64,000 nucleotides of DNA from the human T2T-CHM13v2.0 reference genome, Homo sapiens: NCBI RefSeq assembly GCF_009914755.1, contig NC_060929.1; one strand, written 5' to 3'. This document shows positions 1 to 16,955 of this stretch, in pieces. The number at the start of each line of letters is the position of its first letter. The first letter of the stretch is position 1. The translations under genes were made by a program, and so were the position numbers. The notes under the pieces were generated by a model. The model did not search any database and was not told the origin of the DNA. It saw only the letters and a program-made list of their open reading frames with translations.

Positions 1-188
1 CAGGTGTCATATCAATGGTGGACATTACTTACAAAGCCATGGCTGGGACAAAATTATATCATCACTTACCTAAAATAACAAGATCTTATTTTTTTTTTCT
101 TGTATTCAAATAAACAGAGCTTTAAAAAGTAGACAGTGATATATCCTGGAGGACAAAAACTATGGCTTGTCCAAAAAACAAACTTCCA

Positions 189-500
<312 letters not shown>

Positions 501-872
501 CTACTTCCCCAATCAGAAACTCCTGTGTATAAGTACTTTTATCTGACAGAGGCTTCATTTTTCTCAAATATTCCTTTGAATCAAAGACATCCATCATATT
601 AAAAAGAGTAAAATCATTTCAGGGAGGATTGCTAGAGGATACAGAGGGCAGGGATTTAGCCTTCCAGGTGACCTCTGCTGGGGTCCCAAGGGGTGGGACA
701 GGATTTTTAGTCACTAATTTAAAAGTATAAAAAGGTTTCCAATGCTTTATAAGTTAACAAACCCATATCCTGAGAATTCAAAGAATACTGAATGGCAACA
801 TTATAAATAGTAACATTTGCTATTAAAAAAGACAGTAAGACTCTAGCTACCTGAAACCAAAATAAACAGTTA

Positions 873-1192
<320 letters not shown>

Positions 1193-2830
1193 ACCACTTA
1201 ACCACAGAGCAGCCTGAACAGTGGGTTTGCTAATCTGTGTGGAGAGAATTAAGTAGCAAAGCTTGACTTGAGATACATTACTAGCTTCTCTGCTTCACCT
1301 TAAATTTATATAAACTATTTTATAAAGCATTCAAACATTTCCATTTAATGAGGATCAACTGTCTTCAGAGTAAGTCTTACCATAAGTAAAATAAATGGTT
1401 GCTTCCCGAAAGGGATTTCAAGAATCTGATACCTAAAATCCTTTCCTTACCTGGCTCAATGGCTCCTAGAGTTCCATAATTAGAATGTTTTAACTTTGAC
1501 AATGAGACTATGAACTCTACAAGGTAAGGAGGATTTCTTAATTGTTGAACAGAAAACCTCATATCACCAGAGTGACCTAAACAAAGTAGGTGGTCAATAA
1601 ATTTTAGTGAAAGGTGCTGCCTTGGGTAAACAGCAAATGCCCTTAGTTTATACATGTTAAGCCCCATAAAAATACAGTTCTAATTATAGTCCTTAACATG
1701 AATGAATTAGTCAGATTCTTTTCTGAGAACAGGTCACAGGAGAGGTAAACTATATGTACTTCCAAGAATGTCATTCCTTTACAGTTTTGCTTAGGGTTAT
1801 CCCTGACTGCCAACAGAGGAACCCTTTCCATTTCAGTACACATTGCCTCCTTAGGCCATTAAGGGGTCCCAGTAATTCCTCACAGATCAGCAGCCAGAAA
1901 GAACTTATCTAACATTTCATTTTGGAATTAATCTTTGATTCTTGAAAACATATCAAGTATATTAATCAACCACAGTTTCAGCAGTTGAAACTTCCACATC
2001 TCAGGTATGAGCTGTTCTTAGGCACTGAACTATTTTCCAGAAACAGGTAGTATGTTTTGTGAGTCTTCCCAGTCATAATCATCATAGTTTATGGCCACCC
2101 AAATCCTGGCTCTTGCCAGTGATGACAGAAAATGAGTTTGCTAGGAATATTCAGAATACTGGGCACAGATTAAAAGCTGATCTTCAGAAGTAGTGTAAGC
2201 TGAAACTTAACCATTAATAATGGGAATGCAGGGGAGTCTCTAAAGCCAGCAAATGCTAGGTCAACTCACATCGCTGAGAGAAGCAGACAATAAAGAAGTT
2301 CTAAATCAATTCTTCTGAATTAAATGCAGAGATGTGTCTGCCCATTTGATCCACACAAGATAACCATATTCTTTTGTTTCATTTTAATTCCTTACCCTAA
2401 CCTTTGAGCCATTTATGCCAATTCTTAACCTTTCATGAAGTTTACACCTAAGCCAAGTGTGGCCTAATCCTTAAACTGAGACTATTTATAATGCATTATT
2501 TACTTAGATTCTGGGATATGATAAATTATCAAAGAAATAAAAATGTTTGGAGGAGTAAAACAATACTTATGAAGTTCAAAGCTAATAATTATCTAAATCA
2601 GAGTGATTCAACCTTTTTAAGCCTATCTCCCACAGTATTCTCTTATCATCCCCTTTAAATCTCCATCAACCAAGATCATTTTATATGTTTCTACACTGTC
2701 CCTATGATTTTGTGTCTTTCATTCAGGGCCCACCTTCCCAAAAGAATTGTCTAAAATCAATGACACATCTCCGCATCTTCTTCTCCCTCCTAAATATCTC
2801 TAACCACTTCCATTTCCTTTATTCTACTGA

Positions 2831-3167
<337 letters not shown>

Positions 3168-3502
3168 GATCAAACAGATTTTTATCAACTCTCACTTACT
3201 TTAACTTCTCAGTGTATTTGACTTCACTGACCATTTCCTCCTCATTGAAATTATCTCATGTCTTCTCAGAAACTATAATAATGCTGGTTCTCTACCTGCC
3301 AGCTCCCTCAATCACTCATTTATTAATCAATCATTTGCAACTCATGTCAAGGCCCTGGTATGCAGTCTTAATCATAGGGATTTTTTTAAATAAATGATTT
3401 ACTTTCTAGTAAATAAAGTTAAATGTATACAAGTCTAACCGAGCATTGCCTGAAAGAGGCTGAGTTAATGAATAAAATTGAATTATTTTAAATGAGCACA
3501 TA

Positions 3503-3790
3503 AGGCTGAGCATGGTGGCTTACACCTATAATCCCAGCACTTTGGGATGTTGAGGCAGGAGGGCTGCTTGAGCCCAGGAGTTTGAGACACAAGCCTGCAC
3601 AACACAGAGAGATAGTTATCTCTTTAAAAAAAAAATGTAATTAGCCAGATGTGGTGGTGCACACCTGTGGTCCCAGCTCCTCAGGTGGCTGAAGCAGGAG
3701 AATCACTTAAACCCAGGAGGTTGAGGCTGCAGTGAGCTCTGATCACACCACTGCACTCCAAGCCTGGGTGACAGAGAAAGACTCTGTCAA
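3503..3790 (+). mobile_element. AluJ
   Basis: Diverged dimer with the J-type motifs GAGCCCAGGAG and GAGGCTGCAGTGAGC. Confidence 0.9.
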
Positions 3791-3988
3791 TCAATTAATC
3801 AAAACATACATACATAAAACCACTGCCCTAAGCAGTGTTTGTTTTCAGTGATACTGTAGAGATGAAAACAATACCTTTAAACAATCTGTTCTTTTTAAAG
3901 CAGTCTGCATTCATCTATTAATTTGCTTGCCATTTTATTAAATGTAAAGATAACTTTCTCACAGGTTATGTTGAGACAGTAGAGTATA

Positions 3989-4500
<512 letters not shown>

Positions 4501-5324
4501 CTAAGCATTTTGTCAGGCCCCGTGTAGGCCGTGCACATCAACACAGTGCCCAGCAATCAGTGTCCTGCTCTACTGCAGCCCTCCAGGCTAGAGCAAATTC
4601 CTGTAGTTCTGCTAGCATGGCATCCTTTTTACTGACACCAAAAAACAAGGCAGAATTGAAAGACAGGTCTATTTCTAGCACTGTTTATTTGAATATTTGA
4701 ATCCTGTCTGAAATTGGCTATTTGCAACTAAAAGTCCTACTAAAAATGTTATATTTAATTGCTTAGCAATCACTCAGAAACATACATACTTTTTAAAAAA
4801 AGACCCTACTCCCTCCTTAATGGAAGAATTATAGACTTGGCTTTCTTCTAGCAGAAAAAATTCAGTGTAAAGATTTGTTTAGATTAAAAGAATACCTGAT
4901 TTCCTAAAACTTCCCCGTACTTTGGGAGAGTCACCAACATTACTGCGTAATTACTCTATAGTTTCCTTCATACAGTTTCATTCAGGCACCTAGGACATGC
5001 TGGGCTCCATGCCAGGCGGTGGACACAAAGATGAACAAGATATCATCTCTGCCTTCAAGGAGCTCACAGTCTTATAAAACAAATATCTATATACAAAGGT
5101 TTTCTTTTATTAATTATGCACCACAAATTACAAGTTAACTTTCAATGCTAATAAGGTATTACGATCATTCTTAAGACATTTCTAAATTAAGAAGCTTTTC
5201 TTTTTTTAAAATAAACTCCAAAAACAGACATGATATACATGCTATCATCTTTGGCCTATCTCCTGGATACAACTATATATATTTTTTAATTAAAAAAAAA
5301 AATCTGTGTGTGTGTGTCTGTGTG

Positions 5325-5969
<645 letters not shown>

Positions 5970-6599
5970 TAACATAAATCTTGTTTATAAAGTCACAAGT
6001 TATGGTCAGCAGAGCCATGCAGTGGAAGCATGCTGGAACCATAATATTACAAGCTATGGAGCACAAAACTGTTAAGTTACAGAATTTTAGTAGAGATTAT
6101 AAAAATCATGTAGTCCAGTCAATAGTCTTATCCCTAGACACATTCTTTAAGCATTTCCACCTGAAATACCGGAAAACAACAGTTACTATTTTAGTTTAAG
6201 ACTCACTCTTGCATTCAGTACCAGTAAAAATTCTTTCATATTCACTACTAATCATATATAGAACTATAGCTTTTCTCTCCTGTGTATGATATGATCTAAA
6301 AATTATTTAAAGTAAGCGTGCATTGAAGTTTTAACATCACTTAGCAAAATTTTTCTTTTCTAGAACTCAGTACAGAGGGAGAATCAAAAACGGTAGGTAC
6401 ATACATACAGATACAATAAATTATAAAATGATATCCTATGTATAAAGTATGCTAGAATCATATTGCTATAACATTCAACTATTGATCACAAGATTATTAA
6501 AACAATAAAATTAGAGCTCTAACAATCACAGTGACATGGAAAAGATTAGCATAAAATCTATACATAGCCAGCAAGGTTCTTTTCGTGTTTTTTTTCTGT

Positions 6600-6763
6600 T
6601 TTTTTTTAAGATGGGATGTTGCAGTGTTGTCTGGGCTGGAGTATAATGGCTATTCACAGATGTGATCATCACATATTATAGTATCCAACTCCGAGACTCA
6701 AGCAATCCTCTAGCCTCAGCCTCTCGAGTAGCTGGGACTACAGGCATGTCACCATGCCTGGCT
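6600..6763 (-). mobile_element. Old Alu monomer (FAM/FRAM-like)
   Basis: Single diverged monomer containing CTGGGACTACAGGCATG. Confidence 0.8.
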
Positions 6764-6952
6764 CTTACAATTACACATTGTTATTTTTTGACTCCACTTA
6801 AAATAGCTGAGATTCTCTTGATCAAATAAAGCATCAATTAAAGGTTTAAAAAGCATACATTGTTTTTGGAGGATTACACATTTAAGCATTAAAAGAGTAA
6901 CAGAAAATTAAGCCAAGTGCCCAAAAGTTATAAACTTGGAAAAGTGGATTTA

Positions 6953-7153
<201 letters not shown>

Positions 7154-7640
7154 TCAAAACTAATTAATGGCAATAATTATCCCACAGACTCTGTCTAAAA
7201 ATGCATTTGCCGTGAAAATAAATGAGAGCACATGTAAAAAAGGAAATGCAGCAATGCATGCAACAGAAGTTAGAAAGATTACAGTTTTAAGATAAAGATG
7301 TTTTGTCTACAGCAAACAAAGTGTTCAAATCCTCTATTAACCAATTTAACAAAGAGTTATCTTTCCTTTGTTTCTGTCCAAACACACTAAATGGATTTTG
7401 GAAAAATCTCTTCTCACGTTCTTGTTGTCATTTAATCACCAGGTTTTTAACGCTACTTCCAAACCAATTTTTCATGGGCTTTGCTTCCAAAAAGAAAACA
7501 TTTTAGCATTCCATATTTGGAAAGGTCATTGTCACTGGCTAAGCTATCAGAGTATCTAAATAAAACTTTATCCACTCATTTCTGTATTGTCTATAGCAGG
7601 CTGAAAGCTGCTATAAAAAGGAATCTGAACTTAAAGTTTC

Positions 7641-7977
7641 TTTTTTTTTTTTTTTTTGAGACAGGGTCTCATTCTGTTACCCAGGCTAGAGTGCGATGGT
7701 GCGATCATAGCTAAGTGCAGCCTTGATCTCCTGGGCTCAAGCTATCCTCCCGCTTCAGCTTCTTGAGCAGCTGGGACCACAGGCACGCACCACCATGCCA
7801 AGCTGGTTTGTTGGTTTTTTTGGGGGTTTTTTTTTGTTTTTTGTTTGTTTGTTTTTTAGTAGAGACGAGGTCTAGCTATGTTGCCCAGGCTGATCTTGAA
7901 CTCCTGAGCTCAACTGATCCTATAGCCTCAGCCTCCCAAAGTGCTGGGATTACAGACATGAGCCATTGCACCCAGTC
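7641..7977 (-). mobile_element. AluJ
   Basis: Poly-T followed by GAGACAGGGTCTC, with an expanded linker. Confidence 0.9.
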
Positions 7978-9044
7978 CTGAGCTTAGTTTCTTAAGAAAA
8001 GATGACAATGGAGTCAAGCATAAAGGCACCTAACAGAGAGCGCTGTTTTTATCATCAGCGTTTTCTATAAAGATCATGTCTTATACTCACCTCCTAAAAC
8101 GCCAAATTTTTGCCTAAATGTGAACTTCAAGAATTCAATTCTCCTTTACTTCACTGAACTTGACCTACTGATTAATACTACAGCATACTGACTAGTACTG
8201 TGTTGTAAGAGATGCAGGTTAGCAGAAACCCTCCACATGAGATCTGCTTTAAGACTGACCCAAGCCTGAAACGCTCTCTCCCTAAGTGATCCATGTCCCT
8301 GCAGTAATACCATAACCACTAAGCTAACACACTCACTGTAAAAGTGTTGCTTCTCCATGAAGCACCAAGACTTGATGACCATTTGCAGTTCTCATTAACT
8401 CCACTAAGACCCTAAAGGCTAAATGACAACCAAGCCTCTGTCACTCTGCCTGAGTGGATTTACCACAAATATCAAATCTGTTCAATCTATTATAAGAGCT
8501 AAAAAGGAGAAGCACATGAAATCACATTTCATTCTTAGCTCTTTTATCTTCCCATTTTTCATTTAGACATTGAATACATGAACCAAAGTTTAGTTCTCTG
8601 TATTAGTCAATTTGCCAATAGCTGTCAACCCTTTAAAAGTCTTTAAGATGCTACAAGGTTCCCAAAGCTATACTTCTAGTAATGCTACGCCTTAAAAGAA
8701 AAAAAAAAAAAACTAAACTAGAGCTGACTTTGCTAACTGACACTTATACTGGCCTTCATATCCCAATTCAGACTATCCTCTGATTCACCAAATAGTTTTC
8801 ATTCATAGGAATGGGGTAAAATGGCCAAGTTTTCAATACATATACCATGGTTACAATATAACTTCAAAAGAATTTGCACAAACCTTTTGCACTTATCAGC
8901 ACACACTGTGGAGGTAAATACACAGGGCTGTGATTTTATTATTGGCTGCCCCATGCAGTAACTAAATGCTTAGCCCCCTAATCAATAACCATACTCTAAC
9001 CCAATGAGCAAATTTATTTTGTACATAAAAAGAACCACTACTTC

Positions 9045-9354
9045 TTTTTTCTTTTCTTTTTTTTTTTTTTTTTGAGATGGTGTCTTGCTCTGTTGCCCAT
9101 GCTGGGGTGCAGTGACACAGTCTCGGCTCACTGCACACTCCACTTCCAGGACTCAAGCAATTATCCTGCCTTAACCTCCCAAGTAGCCAGGACTACAGGC
9201 ACCCACCACCACGCCCAGCTAATTTTTGTATTTTTAATAGAGAAGGGTTCTGCCATGTTGGCCAGGCTGGTCTCAAACTCCTGACCTCAAGTAATCCACC
9301 CAGCTCAGCCTCCCAAAGTGTTGAGATTACAGGCATGAGCCATAGTGCCCAGCC
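9045..9354 (-). mobile_element. Alu (J/S)
   Basis: Reverse-complement Alu dimer. Confidence 0.9.
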
Positions 9355-9498
9355 AAAGAACCTCTATAATCTAATTTAGTCTATACAAAATAATTGAAAC
9401 TTTCACTGTCTACAAAGCATATTTCTGAATTGGTTGCATTTTCCAATAAACATTTCTTTCTTTTGGAATAGTATATTTAGTAAAGAAATTAAATTCAC

Positions 9499-9676
<178 letters not shown>

Positions 9677-10675
9677 TCACATATAATAGGATTCGAGTCC
9701 AAAACTCACTAGGCTGTGTGTCCTTATTCTCAGAGAAAACATATAGGCCCTAATACACATGCCCAAATGTATTTAGAAATGCTATTAACATGTATGTCCA
9801 TTAATATTAAGGGGTTTTGTTCCCCCCTGACCACAAAAACCATGTTAGAAACTATTCTTAGATTTAGAAAAAAAGTTTGTGGGTATTTTTCAGGATAGTA
9901 GGGGAACAAAATAAAACCCCATACAAAGGATAATAGCCCATTTTAAAAAATAAAAATATTCATGTGGGCAAATACTAAGTAAACCCACTGTGCAAGGAAT
10001 TCCGCTAGGTGCTACCAGGAATACAAATTGAATAAGGCACAGTACATAATTATAGCAGAGAATAAACTGAGGTACAAAAAATTCTGAATGTTCGAAAGAA
10101 AAGGAGAGTTGGTGATATCTCTGAGTGTGATATTCGATAAGCCAGTAGTTATGAGAGACTCCATCTCAGCAGAAGGGGTCTAGGACAGAGACAGAGATTT
10201 GGGGATAGAAAGGGTCTCTAAAGTCACAGAGGTACAAAACACTGTACAGGATGTATACAGAGAGAAAAGAAGTGGAGGATGAGGCACAGAGCAACAGCAG
10301 AGGAAGATGAGGAGAGGAAGAAGATCCACTAAGGCAGACATGAGTGGGGTAAGGGCAGGTCAGGAGACAGTGACCTCACCGTGGCCACATCAGAAAGAGA
10401 GGGCATACAGGAGGTGGAGATTGGTCCACAGTGCCCAATATGGCATCCAATGGGATTTCAATTGCCAGTCTTAGTAAAAGAGGTTTTAATAAGAAAGGGT
10501 AATATCCTGACTTCAAGTTTTGGTAAGGAAATATAAGAAAATAAGCATGAATCTACCACAAATGTACACTATTCTGTTGAGAGAATCAAGAAAAGAGGCT
10601 GCCACCACCAAAGGCCTTAGAAATATTTTTAAATTGATAATAAATAATGGCCAATATTTGCCATTCCTCATATAA

Positions 10676-10988
<313 letters not shown>

Positions 10989-11939
10989 AGATGTATTGAA
11001 TCAATGTCATTACCCAGTGCCATTTCATTTTCACTAGCTATCTAAACCTAAATACAGACCCCTGGAAGGGGATGAAGAAAAAGACCAAACCACAGGTTGT
11101 TCACTGACCCACCTAAGGCTCAAAAAGAACAGCTCTTTCAGATTCCTGTTCTGGAAATATGTGAATTTTAACAAAAACTGAGTAAGTCCAAGGTGGCAAA
11201 CAACACTGAGCCATGTACAAGGAAGACTGGCTGAAGAAGAAGCTGAGAACAAAGCAGGTCTACAGAGGAAGAAGCAGTGACTAGCCTGGTCCCTGAACGG
11301 GTGAAATGGGAAAGTAGCTCTGGCTCCCCACTGCCAAAAGGCCTCAGTGATCTTGCTGTTTGGGGTTATTAGAGCACCTTTTACCCTTTTCAACAAAGCC
11401 CAATTTTACTTAATCTAGTTAGAATTTCTACTCCTTGAAACCAAGAGAGACAAAGCAAAATCAACTATAATTTAACCATTCCTCCTACTTTGAGAGCATG
11501 TAGGTTATTTTTAATTTTTTGATTACCCTATGTGATGCTATAGTGAACATTTCTGAATACAAATTCTTGTTTGCATTTCTAGTTATTTCCTTAAGATATA
11601 TATGTATGTGGAATTAAAAGATACAAACATTAAATCCTTGATAAACTATTCCAAAAGGGTTAGTGCACACCATCAACTTACTTCACCAGACACAGTGTAC
11701 AAAAGTGTGGAGAAATGCAAACATTTAAATAGATACTTGATGTTAACTTTGACATTTACTGAAGATTAAGGCAAAAGTGAAAGAGTTCCCTTTCTTCGTT
11801 TATCAAATCAAGTCAAAACCCTTTTCCTTTCACCTGAAAGATTATATCTCTAAATCTCTTTCATCATTTCTCAAATGACTACCCTTGTCAAACACTGTTT
11901 CTTATTACTTGAGCTGGCAAAATTCATTTTCATGCTCCC

Positions 11940-12565
11940 TTTTTTTAAATTGAGGTATAATTTACATACCATAACATTCATCCATTCTAAGTATATATAT
12001 AATTCAATGGTTTTGGTAAATTTATATAGCTATGCAACATCACCACAATCTAGTTTTAGAATATTTTCATTACCCCCCAAATTCCCTTGAGCCCATTTGC
12101 ATTTAATCCCTGCTTCCACCAAGAAACCCAGGCAACCACTCATCTGCTATCTGTCTCTACACAAATTTGCCTTTTCTAGACATTTCATATAAATGGAATT
12201 ATACAATATGTAGTATTTTATATGTGGCTTTTATCACTCAGCATAATGTTTTCGAGGTTCATCTGTGTTACAGCATGCATTTTGTTCCTTTTTATTAATG
12301 AATAGTATTCAGTTGTATGTATATACCACATTTGGTTTACCCACTCACCAGTTAATGGACATTTAGATTGCTTCCAGTTTTGTGCTATTATGATTAATCC
12401 TATGAACATTCATATACAAGTATTTTTGTAGATATGTTTTCATTTCTAATGGGTAGATACCTACAAGTGGGATTGCTAGGTCATATGGTAAGTTGATGCT
12501 TAACTTTTTAAGAAATTGCCAAACTGTTTTCCAAAGTTGTTGCACCCTTTTACATTCCCACATTC
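11940..12565 (-). mobile_element. L1M (L1MB-like) 3' end
   Basis: Typical motifs CCCAGGCAACCACT, CATTTCATATAAATGGAAT and GCCAAACTGTTTTCCAAAG. Translations resemble the L1 ORF2 C-terminus (WKTVWQFLKKL, WYIHTTEYY). Confidence 0.9.
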
Positions 12566-13625
12566 CGCTTTTTGATACATTCACTAGTCAGCCCATGACT
12601 CAGGTTCTCTGCATAGTAAACTCATACTCAGCTATAAATAAACACAACTTTCTATATTTTACCAGTGAATATTTATAATGGTTCAAGACAGAGTATGTGA
12701 TATGGTAACTTACTGCTTCCACAAACCAAATACCACAAGAACACTTCGCCGTCCTTTATTAGAGACAGGAAAGGACAACATAAGAACATGGTCACACCAC
12801 ATCTTCTTTAACTTCCTCTTGCACAAATGCTCAGGATCTTGGAACCATAATACAAATACTAACAGTTTCAGTTAGAAATATTGGTGCTGGGGTATCCAGC
12901 AAATCTGGGAAACTGGTTAAAAACTCTTTTACATGTGAAGGGAACTCTTCTAATATTAGCGAAAATTACAAATCTGCCTTCACAAAATAATGTTTTAAGG
13001 ATCACCTATATAGCACCATGGATATATTGTTCCTTTTTGTTGCTGAACAGTATTCCATTGTACGAATCTAAAACATACCAGATGCCCAAGAGAGAGTGGC
13101 ATGCAACTTTAGAGACCACAGTAGCAAATCACTAAGGGATACACTGCCTTGGGGATGACAGCAGCTGGCAACAGTCTGAGAAATCCTGACACACAGATGG
13201 CAGGTGCCTTGGGATTTACTGTGAGATCAAGTACCACCTCAATAGTTTGGAAGAAAAAAAGACCCCATAGGCAGACCAAAAGACCCACGGAATAGAAAGA
13301 ACTGTGTCCACTTGTGAAATATTTCAGGAAATACATTCTTCTCTTAATGCCTGAACAAGTAGAGAAGAATGTGGATGTAGGCTAGAAGCCTGAAGAACCC
13401 AGACATATAGGTCAGACTGTCAAATAATGGAGCTATTACTATTTTGTTAATAAAATTGCTCATAAGAATTGAGAATCAGTACTTTCCACAATGCTGTGGA
13501 TAGGAAATGCAGCTACACATGAGAATAAGTAAACAAGAAAATAAAACTTTTTTCCAACCTAAGAAACCAATCTCCACAGTACTATATTTCTACAATTCTA
13601 ATAGACGTTTCCTCCATATTTTAAG

Positions 13626-13816
13626 ATATCTCCAAAGAGGGAAATACATATATAAATTTTTATTTTTATTTTTATAAGATCTATAAATATATATTTATTT
13701 ATATAAGATACATCCAAAGGGGGAAATATAAATATAATTATATATTTATATTTAAATATTATATTTAAGTATTATATTTAAATTTTATATATTTATATTT
13801 CCCCCTTTGGAGATAT
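13626..13816. repeat. AT-rich inverted and direct repeat
   Basis: Perfect 24-bp arms at 13713-13736 and 13788-13811, plus a third related copy at 13626-13646. Confidence 0.9.
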
Positions 13817-15031
13817 ACATATCTCATACATATATATATAGTATATAGTATATACACACACAGACACACACACACACACACATATCTCCAGTCAGGATAC
13901 GCATTCAATGTAAGTCTCCTTTGTCCCCCCTCACCCCCGAAAAACTGTTTTAATGAGGTATCTGATAGCAAGAGATGACTTGGAAATATGGTCAGTTTCC
14001 ACAGAGTTAAGCTGAATTTTCATGGTAGTAGTCATTATCAAACATAAACAACAATCTTATTCTATTTAACATTTTGTAGTTTTTCATAAAATTTTCTACC
14101 TCAAGTTATTAAACACCTATTACATGCCACTAAGGTTACAATGGTGAGCAATACAGACCATTCCTACTCTAGTGAAGATTATTGTCTTACTGCCTATAGA
14201 GGTGAAAATAAGAAATGGCAGCACAGCGCCTATGTCCCCATGAAAACAAGGGAGAAATGACAAACAAATGTGAGCAATAGACTGTTTGGATACCAGCTTC
14301 CTGAACCAGTACAGGAAAAGGACAGCAAGAGAGATGTGCCTTGCCATAAAACCTAACCAACTCCAATCTCCTCTGCTATGCAGGGTAAAATTCTAAAGCC
14401 ACTTCGCCATAAGAACACTTTACTTATATAGTACTTTACACTTTATAAAAATAAACTTATTAACCCACTCATTCTTTCTTCCTCAAGACTAGCAATTTCT
14501 TATTACCATTTAAGTAAGCTATTCAAAATAATAAAAATTATACCTCAGTTACCTGCTTTGTGGGCAGCTTCTCTAAAAAAATATTATTTTTTCAATCAAT
14601 GTACCAAAAACAAAGAACTTCAGAAAATCCACATATATATAGTAAATAATCTCCCTCATCTTCCAAAACATTATCAAATCCCAAACTTTTCAAATGTGGT
14701 ATTCCACAACAATTCAACCCAAAAAATGTATCCTGTGTTACTTCCCCCAGGTGTTAACAAAGGGAGTAAAAGTGATTTTTTAAAATTAACTTAGGAGCAC
14801 TTAGACTACCAAAATTAATAAAAAATATTTCTTAATATTTCTTAAAAAGTCGTATTTTATCCTTTAAAATTGTGAATATTGTCTACTTAATATATTATTA
14901 CACTAGTAATATTTATAGTGAAAATCTGATTAATCAATGCCAGAAAAATACAAGTGCTTAATGGTATACAAAAGCTAGACATTTTTCATTATGCTAACAC
15001 ACAAACAACATCAGTTGAAAAGGATAATTCA

Positions 15032-15437
<406 letters not shown>

Positions 15438-15658
15438 CTATAACAATCCCCATCCCAGAGTAAAGGAATTTTAATAGACCAATACTTGGTCTATTAAATG
15501 GAGATATAATGGGATTTTAAATAATGCATATTTCTGAATTAACCTAGAACAAAGGTTTTTTGCATATTAAGATATGTTTACATAGATGTTCTTCTACGAT
15601 GAGCTACTAACTCACTATGCAATGCACGCTTAAGATAAAGTTCATCATTAATAGACAG

Positions 15659-16084
15659 TGACAAAGGCTCTTTAGTTGACTAAACATTAGTTAACCAGCT
15701 GTGAACCCTGTTCTCAACTAGGCCTCAACCTTGGCCTTTCATGTCAGCCTGTCCTTGCATGGTGTGCAAGGACAGGACATGCCCAGTCTTAGCAAAAGTC
15801 CTGCTAAGTCAGCTAAGCAAGAAGCCCCTCATCCTTGATATATGATTAAATTCCTCATCTCCCACCTTTGATACATAAATCTTTGGCCTGCCTTAACAAG
15901 AATCTCCTACCTTTGATGTCTCCTCTTCGTGATTTTCCATCCACTGATTCCCCTCACCCATAAATCCACCCCCTTCTCCTTGTTGTAGTCAGAGTTGAGC
16001 CCTCCGCTATTGCACTAGGTGCAATAGTCTTGAGTAAAGTTTTCCTTACCATTTTAACAAGTATCAGAATAATTTTTTTCAACA
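15659..16084 (+). mobile_element. Solo LTR, MER31-like (ERV1)
   Basis: TG...CA termini, CTCAACTAGGCCTCAACCTTGGCC, CCTGCTAAGTCAG and GCAATAGTCTTGAGTAAAG. Flanks are ACAG/ATAG. Confidence 0.8.
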
Positions 16085-16239
16085 ATAGAAACCCATATTA
16101 GATGGAAAGTTTCCAACTCCTAAGTAAACTTGGGTTGGCAGATTCAAAGGAAACAACGAAAACTTTTTTAAAAAATATTAAATTGTATCAAACCAACAAC
16201 TGAGTGCTTTAAACACTTTCAAGGTACCAAGGCTATAGA

Positions 16240-16955
16240 GTAAAAAATACAGAGACTGGGGTCTATAACAAAGAATGTGGCCTTTGTCCCTGGGAGAGAG
16301 ACTCGAAAACCTTACAATTTCCTGAGTAATAGGAGGGTCTTTGTTATTCTTGAGCCCCTTGGTTCACACCTGGGTTTATGCTAATGAATGACTCAGGATG
16401 GGGGCTGGTCACACTAACCATGTGATTAGGGGGACAGGGCTTTAAACCAGCTCAACCTCCAGGTAGGTGAGGGGAACTAGAGATCAAGTTCAATTGCTTG
16501 GCCAATGATTCAATCAATCATGACTACATAATAAAACTCTAATAAAAACAATGGACACTGAAGGTTGGAGGAGCTGCCTGGTTGGTGAACATATCAATGT
16601 GCCAGAAAAGTGACACATCTTGATGACATTGGGAGAGGACAGAAAAGTTCTACATTCAGGCTGCCCCCCACCCTGAGACTTTGACTGTGTATCTTAATTT
16701 GGCTCATTCTGATTCTTTATAATAAAACTATAATCATAAGTAAAATGATTTCCTGAGCTCTATGAGTTGTTTTAGCCTATTACTGAACCTGACAGAGTCA
16801 CAGGAACCCCCAGAGTTGCAGCCTGGGGAACTTCAAATTTGCACCTGAAAACTACAGTGAAAGCAGTCTTATTGGGGACAATGACCTTAAATCCGTGGAG
16901 TCTCATGCTAACTCCAGGTGGTTAGTGTCAGAATTGAATTACAGCATGCTGCAAC
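16240..16955 (+). mobile_element. LTR, MER21C-like (ERVL)
   Basis: CACACCTGGGTTTATGCTAATGA, CCAATGATTCAATCAATCATG and GTTAGTGTCAGAATTGAATT are MER21 hallmarks. Confidence 0.8.

Noticed and set aside
12218-12584. ORFs resembling reverse-transcriptase protein C-termini
   Set aside because: They are decayed L1 ORF2 end fragments, not a gene.
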